Assembly (NCBI GenBank): GCA_041389025.1
Contig: JAWKSP010000001.1
Location: forward strand, 128,002 to 192,001
DNA length: 64,000 nucleotides
Direction: 5' to 3'
Origin: Minisyncoccota bacterium
GTDB lineage: Bacteria; Patescibacteriota; Minisyncoccia; Phycocordibacterales; UBA918
How positions within the stretch are numbered: the stretch's first letter is position 1; each line of letters begins with the position of its first letter. Below, piece after piece: positions 27,756-36,771 of the stretch. The notes beneath the pieces are model-generated. The model made no database searches. It had not been told where the DNA came from and saw only the letters and a list, made by a program, of their open reading frames with translations. The translations under genes and the position numbers were made by a program.

Positions 27756-27890
27756 AGTACTAGTGTTACATTAATAATAATCAACTATTAATATCGACCT
27801 ATGTATAGGCTAGCACTTTTTCATGACATCGGGGTCGTGAAAAATTTTTGAAGAAAATTTATTTGTGACCAAGTCTCTCATCGTATAACC

Positions 27891-28110
27891 TCACAACTCA
27901 ATACCTCCCCTTAAAATTTCAAAATACAACCTAGCAATCGCGGCTTGAGTCATTGGACTAAATTCTCCCTTCATTGCTTTTGTATACAGCTCCTCTACTG
28001 AATAATCTATTGTATCCAAAACCTCACCATCTGTTTCAGACACTTTCTTAAAATCTTTCACACAAAAAACTACTTGCTTAAAAAGTCAATAAACCACCCC
28101 GCACCACGAG
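27891..28110 (-). pseudogene. Possible gene remnant (NUDIX-like C-terminal fragment)
   Basis: KQVVFCVKDFKKVSETDGEV..SVEELYTKAMKGEFSPMTQAAIARL*; no start codon. Confidence 0.3.
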
Positions 28111-28188
28111 CCTTAAACATCAACAAAAAAATGAACTCAGTAAAATGTTATGCTTAAAACATTATAAATTTGTATCTTAAGCTTAAGT

Positions 28189-30129
28189 TTGAATACAATA
28201 AAAATTGAAAATATGATAAACACTAATTGGTCAAAATATTATCTACCTAAACTTTCCAAGAACTTATTGTTTTCTACAATTATATTGAGTGTCGTTTTAG
28301 TTTTAGTTTTATCATTATTCATCTTACCCCAAAACGCGTCAGCTTCGACCGACAACCCCTCCTCTTACACCATAACATCGTATGATTATGTACCGGCCTT
28401 TAATGCTAAATTTTTTAATGGTGTTCCAGATATTTATCATCTTGATACAGTTACTATTCGTTATGAAACAGACAGCAACATGGATATCGTGCCACCGCCA
28501 GAAGTTAGTAATATTTTGGCTAGATTATATTATGTAAACAGTGATGGACAAAGACAAATTGAATATCAGTTTTTTGATATTGATCACTTATTTGTACCCG
28601 CACCTTATGTATGGACAAAAGCTGGGCAATATGAGGTGGACATATTTGGTTACACAAGCACATCAACTACCAGTGTATACCTAACAACCATGCAGTTTAA
28701 TGTAATCATAAATGGCGGACCATCTCCCACTTGTACCCTAACCGCCACTCCTGACACTATAGACCCTAACCAAAATCAAAGTGCTCTTTTAGAATGGAGC
28801 AGCACCAATGCCTCCACTACAATAATTGATCAAGGTGTCGGACCGGTGACCACTTCCGGATCAATATTAGTCTCACCCAATGCCACAACCACTTACACCG
28901 CTAATTTTACCGGACCAAACGGCACCAGTTCTTGTAGCGTGACAGTAAATGTGCCTAATCCAAAATTTATTCCACTTAACGAACAGGCGGCAAACTTAGC
29001 TCGTCAACTAGTTAATCATACTGAAGCCTATCTTTGGGGTGGTAAAGGTTGGGATTACGATCTAAGGGAATTCACTACTCCCGAGCGCATCCTATCCGGC
29101 TACACTTACTACAACCCAGATATAAAAGCTAAGGATACCGGCATAGGTGTAGACTGTTCAGGATTAATAACTTGGGCATTTAATCGTAGTTATAATGCCG
29201 TGGCCGGGTTTAATAATAATTTTATAAAGTATGTAAATGCTGACGGTATGTACCGAGACCATCAATCCGACCCAGTGAGCGAATCTGATCTTCTTCCTGG
29301 TGATACTCTTTCTTTTGATTGGGACAGTGATGGTTATATGGATCACGTGGCGATGTATGTCGGCGAAAGTGGTGGATATGATGTGGTTAATGCAGGAAGT
29401 CCAATAATTGGTATAGAAGAACAAATTAAAGATATTTATTCAAAAGTACCAGGTTTTGTTTCTTTCAGACGAATCCATCAAGCTGATACAAAGCTTGCCA
29501 TCAAAACTGGTTCACCGGTCGATTTGGAGATTATCGACCCTGACGGCAACACCTTATCCGCCGCCAGCACCATCCCTTCTGACGAAGAATACATTAGAGA
29601 AATTCCTAGTGAGATGTATTACCTCGAACTAGAGCAAGGTCACGATGGTCGCCCCGAAGACATAGTACTCTCACCCACAGCTAAAGATGGTGTATATACC
29701 ATAAAAGTTATTCCTGAAGCCGGAGCCGACCCAGCAGCCACCTACTCTTTAACTATAGAATTAAATGGTGTAGAAACAGTAGTTGCCAACAATGAAACTC
29801 TAGATACCATACCAGCTGAAGGTTTTGCTCTAAAATTGGCGGTTGGAGAAATCATCGGTCTTGATTCGACGGTTAAGGTTTTGCTTAGTGACCTATATCA
29901 GTCAGTTAGTAATCTAAACCTAAATTCAACACAACGTCAGAAAAACCTCCTATCAACGATTGAGTCGGCCATAAACTGGTTTGACAAAAACCGACCCGAT
30001 CAAATAGTCCGTAAACTCACAAAATTGCAAAATGATACCAATAGACATCTCGCCAATGAGCTCACAACCGAAGAATTAGCCAATATTATTCAGCAAATAG
30101 ATAACCTTCTGTTATTATTACAAGCATGA
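28189..30129 (+). CDS. Secreted NlpC/P60 cell-wall peptidase with Ig-like and C-terminal accessory domains
   Basis: Signal peptide; YLWGG, GVDCSGL, LLPGD, DHVAMYVG; 'PTCTLTATP..LEWSSTNA' Ig-like module; SPVDLEIIDPDG. Confidence 0.88.
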   Translation: MNTIKIENMINTNWSKYYLPKLSKNLLFSTIILSVVLVLVLSLFILPQNASASTDNPSSYTITSYDYVPAFNAKFFNGVPDIYHLDTVTIRYETDSNMDIVPPPEVSNILARLYYVNSDGQRQIEYQFFDIDHLFVPAPYVWTKAGQYEVDIFGYTSTSTTSVYLTTMQFNVIINGGPSPTCTLTATPDTIDPNQNQSALLEWSSTNASTTIIDQGVGPVTTSGSILVSPNATTTYTANFTGPNGTSSCSVTVNVPNPKFIPLNEQAANLARQLVNHTEAYLWGGKGWDYDLREFTTPERILSGYTYYNPDIKAKDTGIGVDCSGLITWAFNRSYNAVAGFNNNFIKYVNADGMYRDHQSDPVSESDLLPGDTLSFDWDSDGYMDHVAMYVGESGGYDVVNAGSPIIGIEEQIKDIYSKVPGFVSFRRIHQADTKLAIKTGSPVDLEIIDPDGNTLSAASTIPSDEEYIREIPSEMYYLELEQGHDGRPEDIVLSPTAKDGVYTIKVIPEAGADPAATYSLTIELNGVETVVANNETLDTIPAEGFALKLAVGEIIGLDSTVKVLLSDLYQSVSNLNLNSTQRQKNLLSTIESAINWFDKNRPDQIVRKLTKLQNDTNRHLANELTTEELANIIQQIDNLLLLLQA

Positions 30130-30710
30130 GATATTTTTTAGTTACCATTATACTTCTAGCCCTTGGAGTAGGTTATTACTGGTGGACATCAGTCACCACT
30201 CCAACCAATGAAGATAAAACAGATGTAGTATCAACTACCACTACCCAAAGCCAAAATCCTACTCCAGAAACTGAAACGACAACAAAATTAGACCACCAAG
30301 TCTACACCAATGATACGTGGGGTATTAAATTTAACTATCCAAATGATTGGGAGGTGTTAGCTAACACATTTAAAGCAGGGTCTAGCTTGTTCAATGTAAT
30401 AATACAACCAGAATCAAATGAGTCATTACCAAGACCTGTCTTTATAATAATAACCCCATCTGACTGGGGTAAAACAATGATTAAAAAATATCACGAAAAT
30501 GAAATCACTGATAGTGAATTAAAAACAGCAGGTCTTGAATACTTTAATTTTGAATCATCTGACATGGGAATACCGATACAAACTTACTTTATACCAATTA
30601 ACAACACCTACTGGATAAACATCTCCGGTAAAAAAGGCTATGAAACCGAACTCAACCAAGTTTTAGACTCACTAGAAATAACACCGGTTGAAATCAATAA
30701 CATTGAATAA
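30126..30710 (+). CDS. Secreted PsbP-like hypothetical protein
   Basis: N-terminal TM, Thr-rich linker, YTNDTWGIKFNYPNDW...LNQVLDSL; ATGA overlap with the upstream gene. Confidence 0.7.
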   Translation: MRYFLVTIILLALGVGYYWWTSVTTPTNEDKTDVVSTTTTQSQNPTPETETTTKLDHQVYTNDTWGIKFNYPNDWEVLANTFKAGSSLFNVIIQPESNESLPRPVFIIITPSDWGKTMIKKYHENEITDSELKTAGLEYFNFESSDMGIPIQTYFIPINNTYWINISGKKGYETELNQVLDSLEITPVEINNIE

Positions 30711-30773
30711 AAATTCAATCTATTTCTACATATTCCCTCTTTTACATTTTTCTGTTATTCTAGCTCACACATT

Positions 30774-30845
30774 GCCCCCATAGTTCAATGGATAGAACAG
30801 GAGACTTCTAAGCTCTTGATGTGGGTTCGATTCCTGCTGGGGGCA
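30774..30845 (+). tRNA. tRNA-Arg(TCT)
   Basis: gccccca acceptor, loop ctTCTaa, GTTCGA T-loop. Confidence 0.9.
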
Positions 30846-31010
30846 CAGCGTTAAGAAAAACAAAAACTGCTTTTTGTTTTTTAGCTGTGCCGGGCGGAGA
30901 CATGTTTTCTTCTCCTTCCCAGAGAAGAAAACAGTTGAGCCGGGGTCGCGAGCACTTAGTAGATTTCGCACGTAGTGCAGAAATATACTTAGTGACTCGT
31001 GACCACAAAA
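30846..31010 (+). repeat. tRNA-3'-associated structured element, tRNA-Arg(TCT) copy
   Basis: ggcacagc..aactgctt..gctgtgcc, then GGCGGAGACATG-hairpin-GAGCCGGGGTC..CTTAGT..GACCACAAAA. Confidence 0.88.
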
Positions 31011-31305
31011 TAGTGAGACTGACTTCAAGTGGCTGATCCCCCACCAATCTCGGTAAGTCTAGTAAAACAATAAAACCACTCGATTAAGTGGTTTTATTGT
31101 TTAAGCAATAGTATCAAAATGTTCTCGAACAGTTTTAACCTAATAGATCCAATAGATAGTTCCCTGAATAGCTTTCCAACCCTTTCCGAAGTTTTTCTTT
31201 TAAATACCTCTAGCTGTTGTTAAAAATGATGTTTCCTTACCCTTATATTTTATCTTTCCATTTGGCAATATTGTGCTATGAAAAAACTATGTAGAAATAC
31301 TTACT

Positions 31306-31797
31306 CTAAAAAGAGTTGGTTGGTAATAAAATTTCTCCGTCAATCACTGAATCCATATTAGGTGTATCTATATCGCCTTCTACCTCATCAACAGAAATAC
31401 TACTTGGTAAACCTTCAGTCGTTGTCGCACCAATCGAATTATCAAATTCATCCTCTATTGGAATCACTAAATCCTGATAGCCATTAACAGAAGCCTTTTT
31501 TAAATAATTATCATAAACCTCTTCCCTTTTACCAAAATAATCTACTACACTATCTACTAATTCTTTCTTATAGATAACACTATCAATAGCGATTTCAGAG
31601 TCTTTAGTGTCAATCATTCGATATTCTTGATAAGAATTAAAACTCCAAACACCACCAAGAATAAAGAGTAACAACCCTATGGTTACGCCTAAAAACCATT
31701 CTCTCTCTACATGCATTATATGATTATCAACAAACTTTCTCTTCCTTGGATGCAAGATACCATCTGCCATCTTTTTTATTTCTTCCTTATTTATCAT
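31306..31797 (-). CDS. Hypothetical membrane protein closing the pilMNO operon
   Basis: One TM helix; ATGA overlap with the pilO-like gene. Confidence 0.65.
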   Translation of the reverse strand: MINKEEIKKMADGILHPRKRKFVDNHIMHVEREWFLGVTIGLLLFILGGVWSFNSYQEYRMIDTKDSEIAIDSVIYKKELVDSVVDYFGKREEVYDNYLKKASVNGYQDLVIPIEDEFDNSIGATTTEGLPSSISVDEVEGDIDTPNMDSVIDGEILLPTNSF

Positions 31798-32321
31798 GGT
31801 GATTTTGTTGTTATGAAGGCTGTTATTGTTCCTTCCCAAAGACCTTCTTCTATCTCACTTAGAGTCAAGGCTTCGATATAAGAGTGATAAGGTAAATTTT
31901 CCATAACTTTAGTAAAATCAAGGACAGAATTCTTCTTGCCGCTATAAGCAAAAGTAGCCTTCACCGCTTCTTGATCACCAGCCTTACCCACCACACCATC
32001 TAAAGCTTTGGTCTGGAAAGTGAGTCCAAACTTTGGTGCTAAGGTCTCAATTTCACTCAAAAAAACAATGGTATCATCATTACCTTTAAGAAATTTCCTA
32101 CCCAACAACAGCCTTTCCTCCTCTGTCTCAGTCGCTGTTCTGGTAATATTTCTATAAGCTGCTTCTTTTTTATTATTCTCCTCCAAAAGACTGACCTTTT
32201 CCTCCAGACGATCACCTTGTTTGTTGATAAAAAATAAAAAGAAAGAAAATATACTAGCGGAAACAATCACTACTACGATAGAAATTATAAATACGTATTT
32301 TGTTTTATTGTTGATTCTCAT
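31794..32321 (-). CDS. PilO-like type IV pilus assembly protein
   Basis: TM, coiled coil, 'FTKVMENLPY'; position after pilM and pilN. Confidence 0.7.
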   Translation of the reverse strand: MRINNKTKYVFIISIVVVIVSASIFSFFLFFINKQGDRLEEKVSLLEENNKKEAAYRNITRTATETEEERLLLGRKFLKGNDDTIVFLSEIETLAPKFGLTFQTKALDGVVGKAGDQEAVKATFAYSGKKNSVLDFTKVMENLPYHSYIEALTLSEIEEGLWEGTITAFITTKSP

Positions 32322-32323
32322 AA

Positions 32324-32866
32324 CTAATTTTCTTGATCATTTAAAGTAACAGCGATAGAAAAGTCTATATCGCGATCTTTAGCTAAGTTTGAAATAGGTA
32401 AATCTACTTGACTAACTTTTGATAAAGATAATAAATTATTTCTAAAATCAGACAAATCTTGCCTAGTCTTGGCTTCACCCATAAGTTGAACCGAATTCAA
32501 CTTTAAATCTGATCGATTAAACTGCATACTACTAATGGACAAACCATTATTTTGAAGAGAGTTAAAACTATCAACTAAATCAGAAAACTTCTTAATACTT
32601 CTAAGATTAATCAACACTTGTGCTTGATTATTGGCTTTAACTAAAGATTGTTGCGCATTGTCAAAATCAGCAACTTTAGTAGCCATTTCATTTACCTTAT
32701 TTTCATAAACCCCAATTTGTGAATCAATCAACACATACACCGGAAGCAATAGAAGTGAAACTGAAATTAAAACCACACTAAGAATAAAAATCCAAACCGA
32801 AGTTACTCTGATCCAGTACTCAGTCACAACATTTTTCTTTGCTTCTGGTGGTAGTAGGTTAATCAT
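32324..32866 (-). CDS. pilN: PilN-like type IV pilus assembly protein
   Basis: N-terminal INLLP motif, TM, 'GEAKTRQDLSDF'. Confidence 0.82.
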   Translation of the reverse strand: MINLLPPEAKKNVVTEYWIRVTSVWIFILSVVLISVSLLLLPVYVLIDSQIGVYENKVNEMATKVADFDNAQQSLVKANNQAQVLINLRSIKKFSDLVDSFNSLQNNGLSISSMQFNRSDLKLNSVQLMGEAKTRQDLSDFRNNLLSLSKVSQVDLPISNLAKDRDIDFSIAVTLNDQEN

Positions 32867-32870
32867 AATA

Positions 32871-33971
32871 TTAAACGGTATTTTTTATAGCTAAACCAAT
32901 CGCTGTAGCATAGCCATATGAATAGCGTTTTTCAATTGGTGGTATCATAAGCGAAGTGTCAAAAGCATTTTCCCAGACATTACCCCGAAAACAGGGCACT
33001 CCCAAAACCTCAGTCAAATAATCTGGCAACCCACGTAAATTAACACTACCACCACACATTACTATTCTTTTAATTTTTCTCGACTTATCTCCATCAGTCC
33101 TTTGGTGCCAGTATTGCATCCGTAAAGCAATTTCGTCTTTTATTATTGATACCACCTGTATAAGAGACTCAGCAATTCGATCGTCATTTATATCTCCCAC
33201 TAAACCATAGGTATTTTTTATATTAGTCAGTTCTTTTTCCGATGTATCATTGCCAAGAACTTTACGTAGAGCTTGTGAAAGTTGACCACCACCAACATCG
33301 ATAGTCGAAGTGTATAAAAGAGACTCTCCAATCACAATACCGACTCCGGTTCTAGTCTTACCAAAATCAATAAGCATTACCACATCATCCTCATAAGATT
33401 TTGATACAACCGAACGAGCCATTGCTTGGGCCTCAACTTCAAATGAAAGTGGGGTTAGACCAGCTTCAATACAAACCTCGTGATACTTCATTACAGTTTC
33501 TTTTTGATAAGCCGACACAACAATGTTAGTAACATTATTCTTTCCTTTATTTTCTAATACATCATAATCAAAAATTGCATCTCGAGCTGAAATTGGCACG
33601 TTTTCTTCCAACCTAAATTCCAACAAACTCCTGACTTCATCAGCCGGTACATCAGTTTTTATTTCTGTTTCAAAAATATAAGTTTTTTCTTCTGGTAAAG
33701 AGACTCTTATGTATTCTGCTCCGGTTTGTTTTTTAAACTCTTTCAATACGTTGACCATAGCCTTCTGATCAACAATCTCTCCTCTTTCTAAAACACTGCT
33801 TGGTATATCTATATCACCCCATTTATCTAAAATTCTAAACCGATCGGTTCGTAGCGACGGTTTAAAAGAAACATACTTCATAGAAGTATCCGATATATCA
33901 ACCCCTACTCCAGCCATAGACAGATAATTTGGTGGCGGTAAAATTTTTGAAAAAGCTGAAAAGACACTCAT
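32871..33971 (-). CDS. pilM: Type IV pilus assembly protein PilM
   Basis: GVDISDTSMK, IDFGKTRT, MCGGSVNLRGL, YATAIGLA (actin-like fold). Confidence 0.92.
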   Translation of the reverse strand: MSVFSAFSKILPPPNYLSMAGVGVDISDTSMKYVSFKPSLRTDRFRILDKWGDIDIPSSVLERGEIVDQKAMVNVLKEFKKQTGAEYIRVSLPEEKTYIFETEIKTDVPADEVRSLLEFRLEENVPISARDAIFDYDVLENKGKNNVTNIVVSAYQKETVMKYHEVCIEAGLTPLSFEVEAQAMARSVVSKSYEDDVVMLIDFGKTRTGVGIVIGESLLYTSTIDVGGGQLSQALRKVLGNDTSEKELTNIKNTYGLVGDINDDRIAESLIQVVSIIKDEIALRMQYWHQRTDGDKSRKIKRIVMCGGSVNLRGLPDYLTEVLGVPCFRGNVWENAFDTSLMIPPIEKRYSYGYATAIGLAIKNTV

Positions 33972-34014
33972 GTGTATAGTATACGCTGTTCACTCTCTAA
34001 TAATTGGCAAAAAC

Positions 34015-34617
34015 TCACAGTGTTAACCAAAGATAAACAGCTACCACAATTAGAGTAATAATTGTAATAGGATAGATATTGCCACGAGCAATTCTTACTG
34101 CGTCCTCTCCATATTTATAAGTTAGATAACCAGCTATACCATAACGAATTGATCGACCAATAAACACACCGATTAAAAACAAGATTAAATTACCTTTAAT
34201 TGCCCCTGCTGCCAAAGCAGCTAGAGTAAACGGTACTGGTGTAATTGCACCCACCAAACCAAGAGCAAAAGTACTATCACGAAATCGTTCAACTATATTA
34301 TAAAATTGACCAACTGAATCTGACGATAAAAAACCAAGAATGACATCAATAAAAAACGTTGCTGTTACATAAGCTATCACCCCACCAATAATAGAAGTGA
34401 AGGTAGTAACAATTACAGCTGTCACCACTCTTTTGCGGTGTAAAATTATATAAGCTACTAAAAAAGGATCAGTTATCAAAGGAATAAGGAGAACAGATTC
34501 AACAAAAGACACTATTCCCAAAAACCAAAGACCGTAACGTGAACCAAGCAAGCCGCGTGACCGTTTAGTTACTTCTTTCATCTCTTTATTTGGATTTGTG
34601 ATTGGTTCTAATGACAT
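34015..34617 (-). CDS. YqaA/DedA (VTT-domain) membrane protein
   Basis: SFVESV, SIIGGVIAY, ITPVPF, GRSIRY. Confidence 0.85.
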   Translation of the reverse strand: MSLEPITNPNKEMKEVTKRSRGLLGSRYGLWFLGIVSFVESVLLIPLITDPFLVAYIILHRKRVVTAVIVTTFTSIIGGVIAYVTATFFIDVILGFLSSDSVGQFYNIVERFRDSTFALGLVGAITPVPFTLAALAAGAIKGNLILFLIGVFIGRSIRYGIAGYLTYKYGEDAVRIARGNIYPITIITLIVVAVYLWLTL

Positions 34618-34620
34618 TTT

Positions 34621-34953
34621 TTATTTAGCACTGGCACCAGATTCAATTTTTATTTGTGGCACAAGTAAGCTAAAAGAATCTTCTGTGCTAGTTGCCAAAA
34701 TCATACCATGACTCATAAGGCCTTTTATTTTTCTTGGTTCTAAATTGGTAATAAAAGGACATTGCACTTCTACCAAAGATTGCGGGTCTTCAAAATAAGT
34801 ACGAATACCGGAGATTATTTGTCTCAACTCTTCTTCCCCAACATCTACCATTAATTTTAAAAGACGATCTGCTTCCGGTACCACCTCAACTGATTTAATT
34901 GTACCGATTTTTATTTCTATCTTTGCGAAATCATCATAAGTTATATATTCCAT
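34621..34953 (-). CDS. Stand-alone tRNA-binding OB-fold protein (Trbp111/MetRS C-terminal-like)
   Basis: ITYDDFAKIEIKIG, ADRLLKL, RQIISGI, NLEPRKIKGLMSHGMILA. Confidence 0.9.
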   Translation of the reverse strand: MEYITYDDFAKIEIKIGTIKSVEVVPEADRLLKLMVDVGEEELRQIISGIRTYFEDPQSLVEVQCPFITNLEPRKIKGLMSHGMILATSTEDSFSLLVPQIKIESGASAK

Positions 34954-34973
34954 AATTTTTTATTTAAATTAGC

Positions 34974-35351
34974 TTATCTTCTGCTTAAAAAACCTTCCAA
35001 TATCAAAGCCGCTGCTGAAGCATCAGTCATATTATTTCTCCCTTGTGTACGAATAGCTGCTTGAGTAGTAAATTGCTCTGGCTCGAGATGAATTGGTAAA
35101 CCAGTCTCTAAAGTCAGATCTGTTATTAATTCTTCTACCAATTTATGTATTTCATTAGCCTTTCCCTTCTTATCAACCGAGTGTCCAACAACAATCTCTC
35201 CAACTTGCCTTTCGTTAATTAAACTAATTATTTTATCAAATAACTTTTTGTCATTATCAATAACCGCATGAGGAAAAGCCATTTTTCCCATTTCATCACT
35301 AAGCGAAATCCCTACTCGCTTAGTACCATAATCAATCCCCAAATATCTCAT
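34974..35351 (-). CDS. ruvX: YqgF/RuvX family nuclease
   Basis: LGIDYGTKRVGISLSD...EQFTT...DASAAALILE. Confidence 0.92.
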   Translation of the reverse strand: MRYLGIDYGTKRVGISLSDEMGKMAFPHAVIDNDKKLFDKIISLINERQVGEIVVGHSVDKKGKANEIHKLVEELITDLTLETGLPIHLEPEQFTTQAAIRTQGRNNMTDASAAALILEGFLSRR

Positions 35352-35431
35352 AACTTAAAGAATAGCACGTGATTTTGTAGGTAGGCAAATTATCAGACGT
35401 AAATAAACCAAGATTAATTTATAATAGAAAA

Positions 35432-35899
35432 CCAAGCAGTTGGCTTTCTAAAATGAAAATATATGATAAATTAATTTATCTATCAGATACATTCAGATAC
35501 ATTTTGTGGTCACGAATCACTAAGTATATTTGTTCGTCTTCGACTCCAAATATACTAAGTGTTCTCGACCCCAGCTCGACTGTTTTTCTGCCTAGAAAAA
35601 GGCAGAAAAACATGTCTCCGCCCAGCACAAAAGTACGAAAGCCAAGCAGTTGGCTTTCTAAAATGAAAACATTGGTGACATAGTCACCAATGTTTTCATT
35701 TTACTTTTGTGCTCCCGCCAGGAATCGAAACTTACAGTTTCAGTACCCTGATTGGTTATTTTATTTCGTTTCACTCATAAAATATCTCAATCAGGCTTCG
35801 ATTCGTGCAACGGATTTTTCTTTCATTATCATTACAGAAAAATCCTGCACCTGCCGCTCGCACAAAAGTAAAATCGGCATTTAGCCGATTTTACTTTTG
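35432..35899 (-). repeat. Tandem tRNA-3'-associated structured elements at tRNA-Arg(GCG)
   Basis: 32-bp direct repeat containing the tRNA 3' end (35698-35729 and 35888-35919); shared core 35502-35628; 28-bp repeat 35432-35459 and 35642-35669. Confidence 0.88.
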
Positions 35900-35971
35900 T
35901 GCTCCCGCCAGGAATCGAACCTGGAGCACTGGTACCGCAAACCAATATTTTATCCATTAAACTACGGGAGC
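35900..35971 (-). tRNA. tRNA-Arg(GCG)
   Basis: gctcccg acceptor, tggt-ttGCGgt-acca, GTTCGA. Confidence 0.9.
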
Positions 35972-36071
35972 AAAAACTGCGAAGCTAGCCTTTTAGAATA
36001 AAGCATACCGTAAACTTCATCATTAGAAATGATGATCATGATGGTAACCAGCTTCGCCTCCGCATAATACA

Positions 36072-36560
36072 TTAAAATCCAAAATTTTCCAGTAATCGCA
36101 TGAAGGCGGATTCTTCTAGATGTTCTTCTTTAAGGTTACTTTTTACTAAAAATTCAATCTCATCAATATGATCTATCGGTAAAGGAATGACCATAATTGG
36201 TGCAAAGTGCCGTTTAGTCAACACTAATAAATGTGGTCCTTTAGGATCATCCTCATCAATATAAAAAGATTTTAAGGTAGAATAAGGATGTAACTGGTCC
36301 TCAACTTTAATTCCTCTAACTGTAACCGCATATGGTACGATCGAAGGCTTTCGTATCGCCAATACCGTTAAGACCAATCCTGATACTATTATAAGTAAAG
36401 CTAAAAGAGTGTTTTCAAATAAAAGAGCCGCAACAACCAAAGCTATAATTATCAGAGCAAAGGAAAAATACCAATCCCCTCCCTTCTTTTTATACTCATA
36501 TTCAGGTGCTTCCCAAGCAATTGATCGTGATACTTTTTTTTCTGTTTGATCAGTTTCCAT
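36072..36560 (-). CDS. Hypothetical membrane protein
   Basis: Start METDQ; IAWEAPEY, two TM helices. The ORF-track extension is antisense to tRNA-Ser. Confidence 0.75.
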   Translation of the reverse strand: METDQTEKKVSRSIAWEAPEYEYKKKGGDWYFSFALIIIALVVAALLFENTLLALLIIVSGLVLTVLAIRKPSIVPYAVTVRGIKVEDQLHPYSTLKSFYIDEDDPKGPHLLVLTKRHFAPIMVIPLPIDHIDEIEFLVKSNLKEEHLEESAFMRLLENFGF

Positions 36561-36684
36561 GTCTAAAATTATATCATGCAAAGGTGTACATTTTACAGGT
36601 AATTTGGTAGTATCTGTTGCTAACAGGACTAAGTTACACCTGTTTAAAAAGAAGAAAATACTTAATGAGTATTTTAATAAAAAC

Positions 36685-36771
36685 GGAGAGATGGCTGAGT
36701 GGTTGAAGGCAGCGGTCTTGAAAACCGCCATACGTTTACGCGTATCGAGGGTTCGAATCCCTCTCTCTCCG
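36685..36771 (+). tRNA. tRNA-Ser(TGA)
   Basis: ggagaga acceptor, gcggt-ctTGAaa-accgc, long variable arm, GTTCGAATCC, G73. Confidence 0.95.

Larger units (their letters stand above)
26486..27831 (-). mobile_element. IS110-family insertion sequence, IS1111 subgroup
   Basis: DEDD plus Tnp20-type transposase; sub-terminal 9-bp inverted repeats ATGAAAAAG (26489-26497) and CTTTTTCAT (27816-27824); TCGG core at both junctions; non-coding region 3' of the transposase. Confidence 0.9.
26369..27883 (+). repeat. tRNA-3'-associated structured element, tRNA-Val copy, split by IS110 into 26369-26485 and 27832-27883
   Basis: Hairpin pairing the tRNA 3' end, anti-tRNA segment, reconstructed GAGTCGGGGTC...GTGACC core, and 14-bp direct repeat caagtctctcatcg (26351-26364 and 27870-27883). 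Confidence 0.8.

Noticed and set aside
35698-35919. Duplicated tRNA 3' end as prophage or ICE attL/attR
   Set aside because: Only 190 bp apart, no integrase, and the interval is all hairpins; reported under the tRNA-associated element instead.
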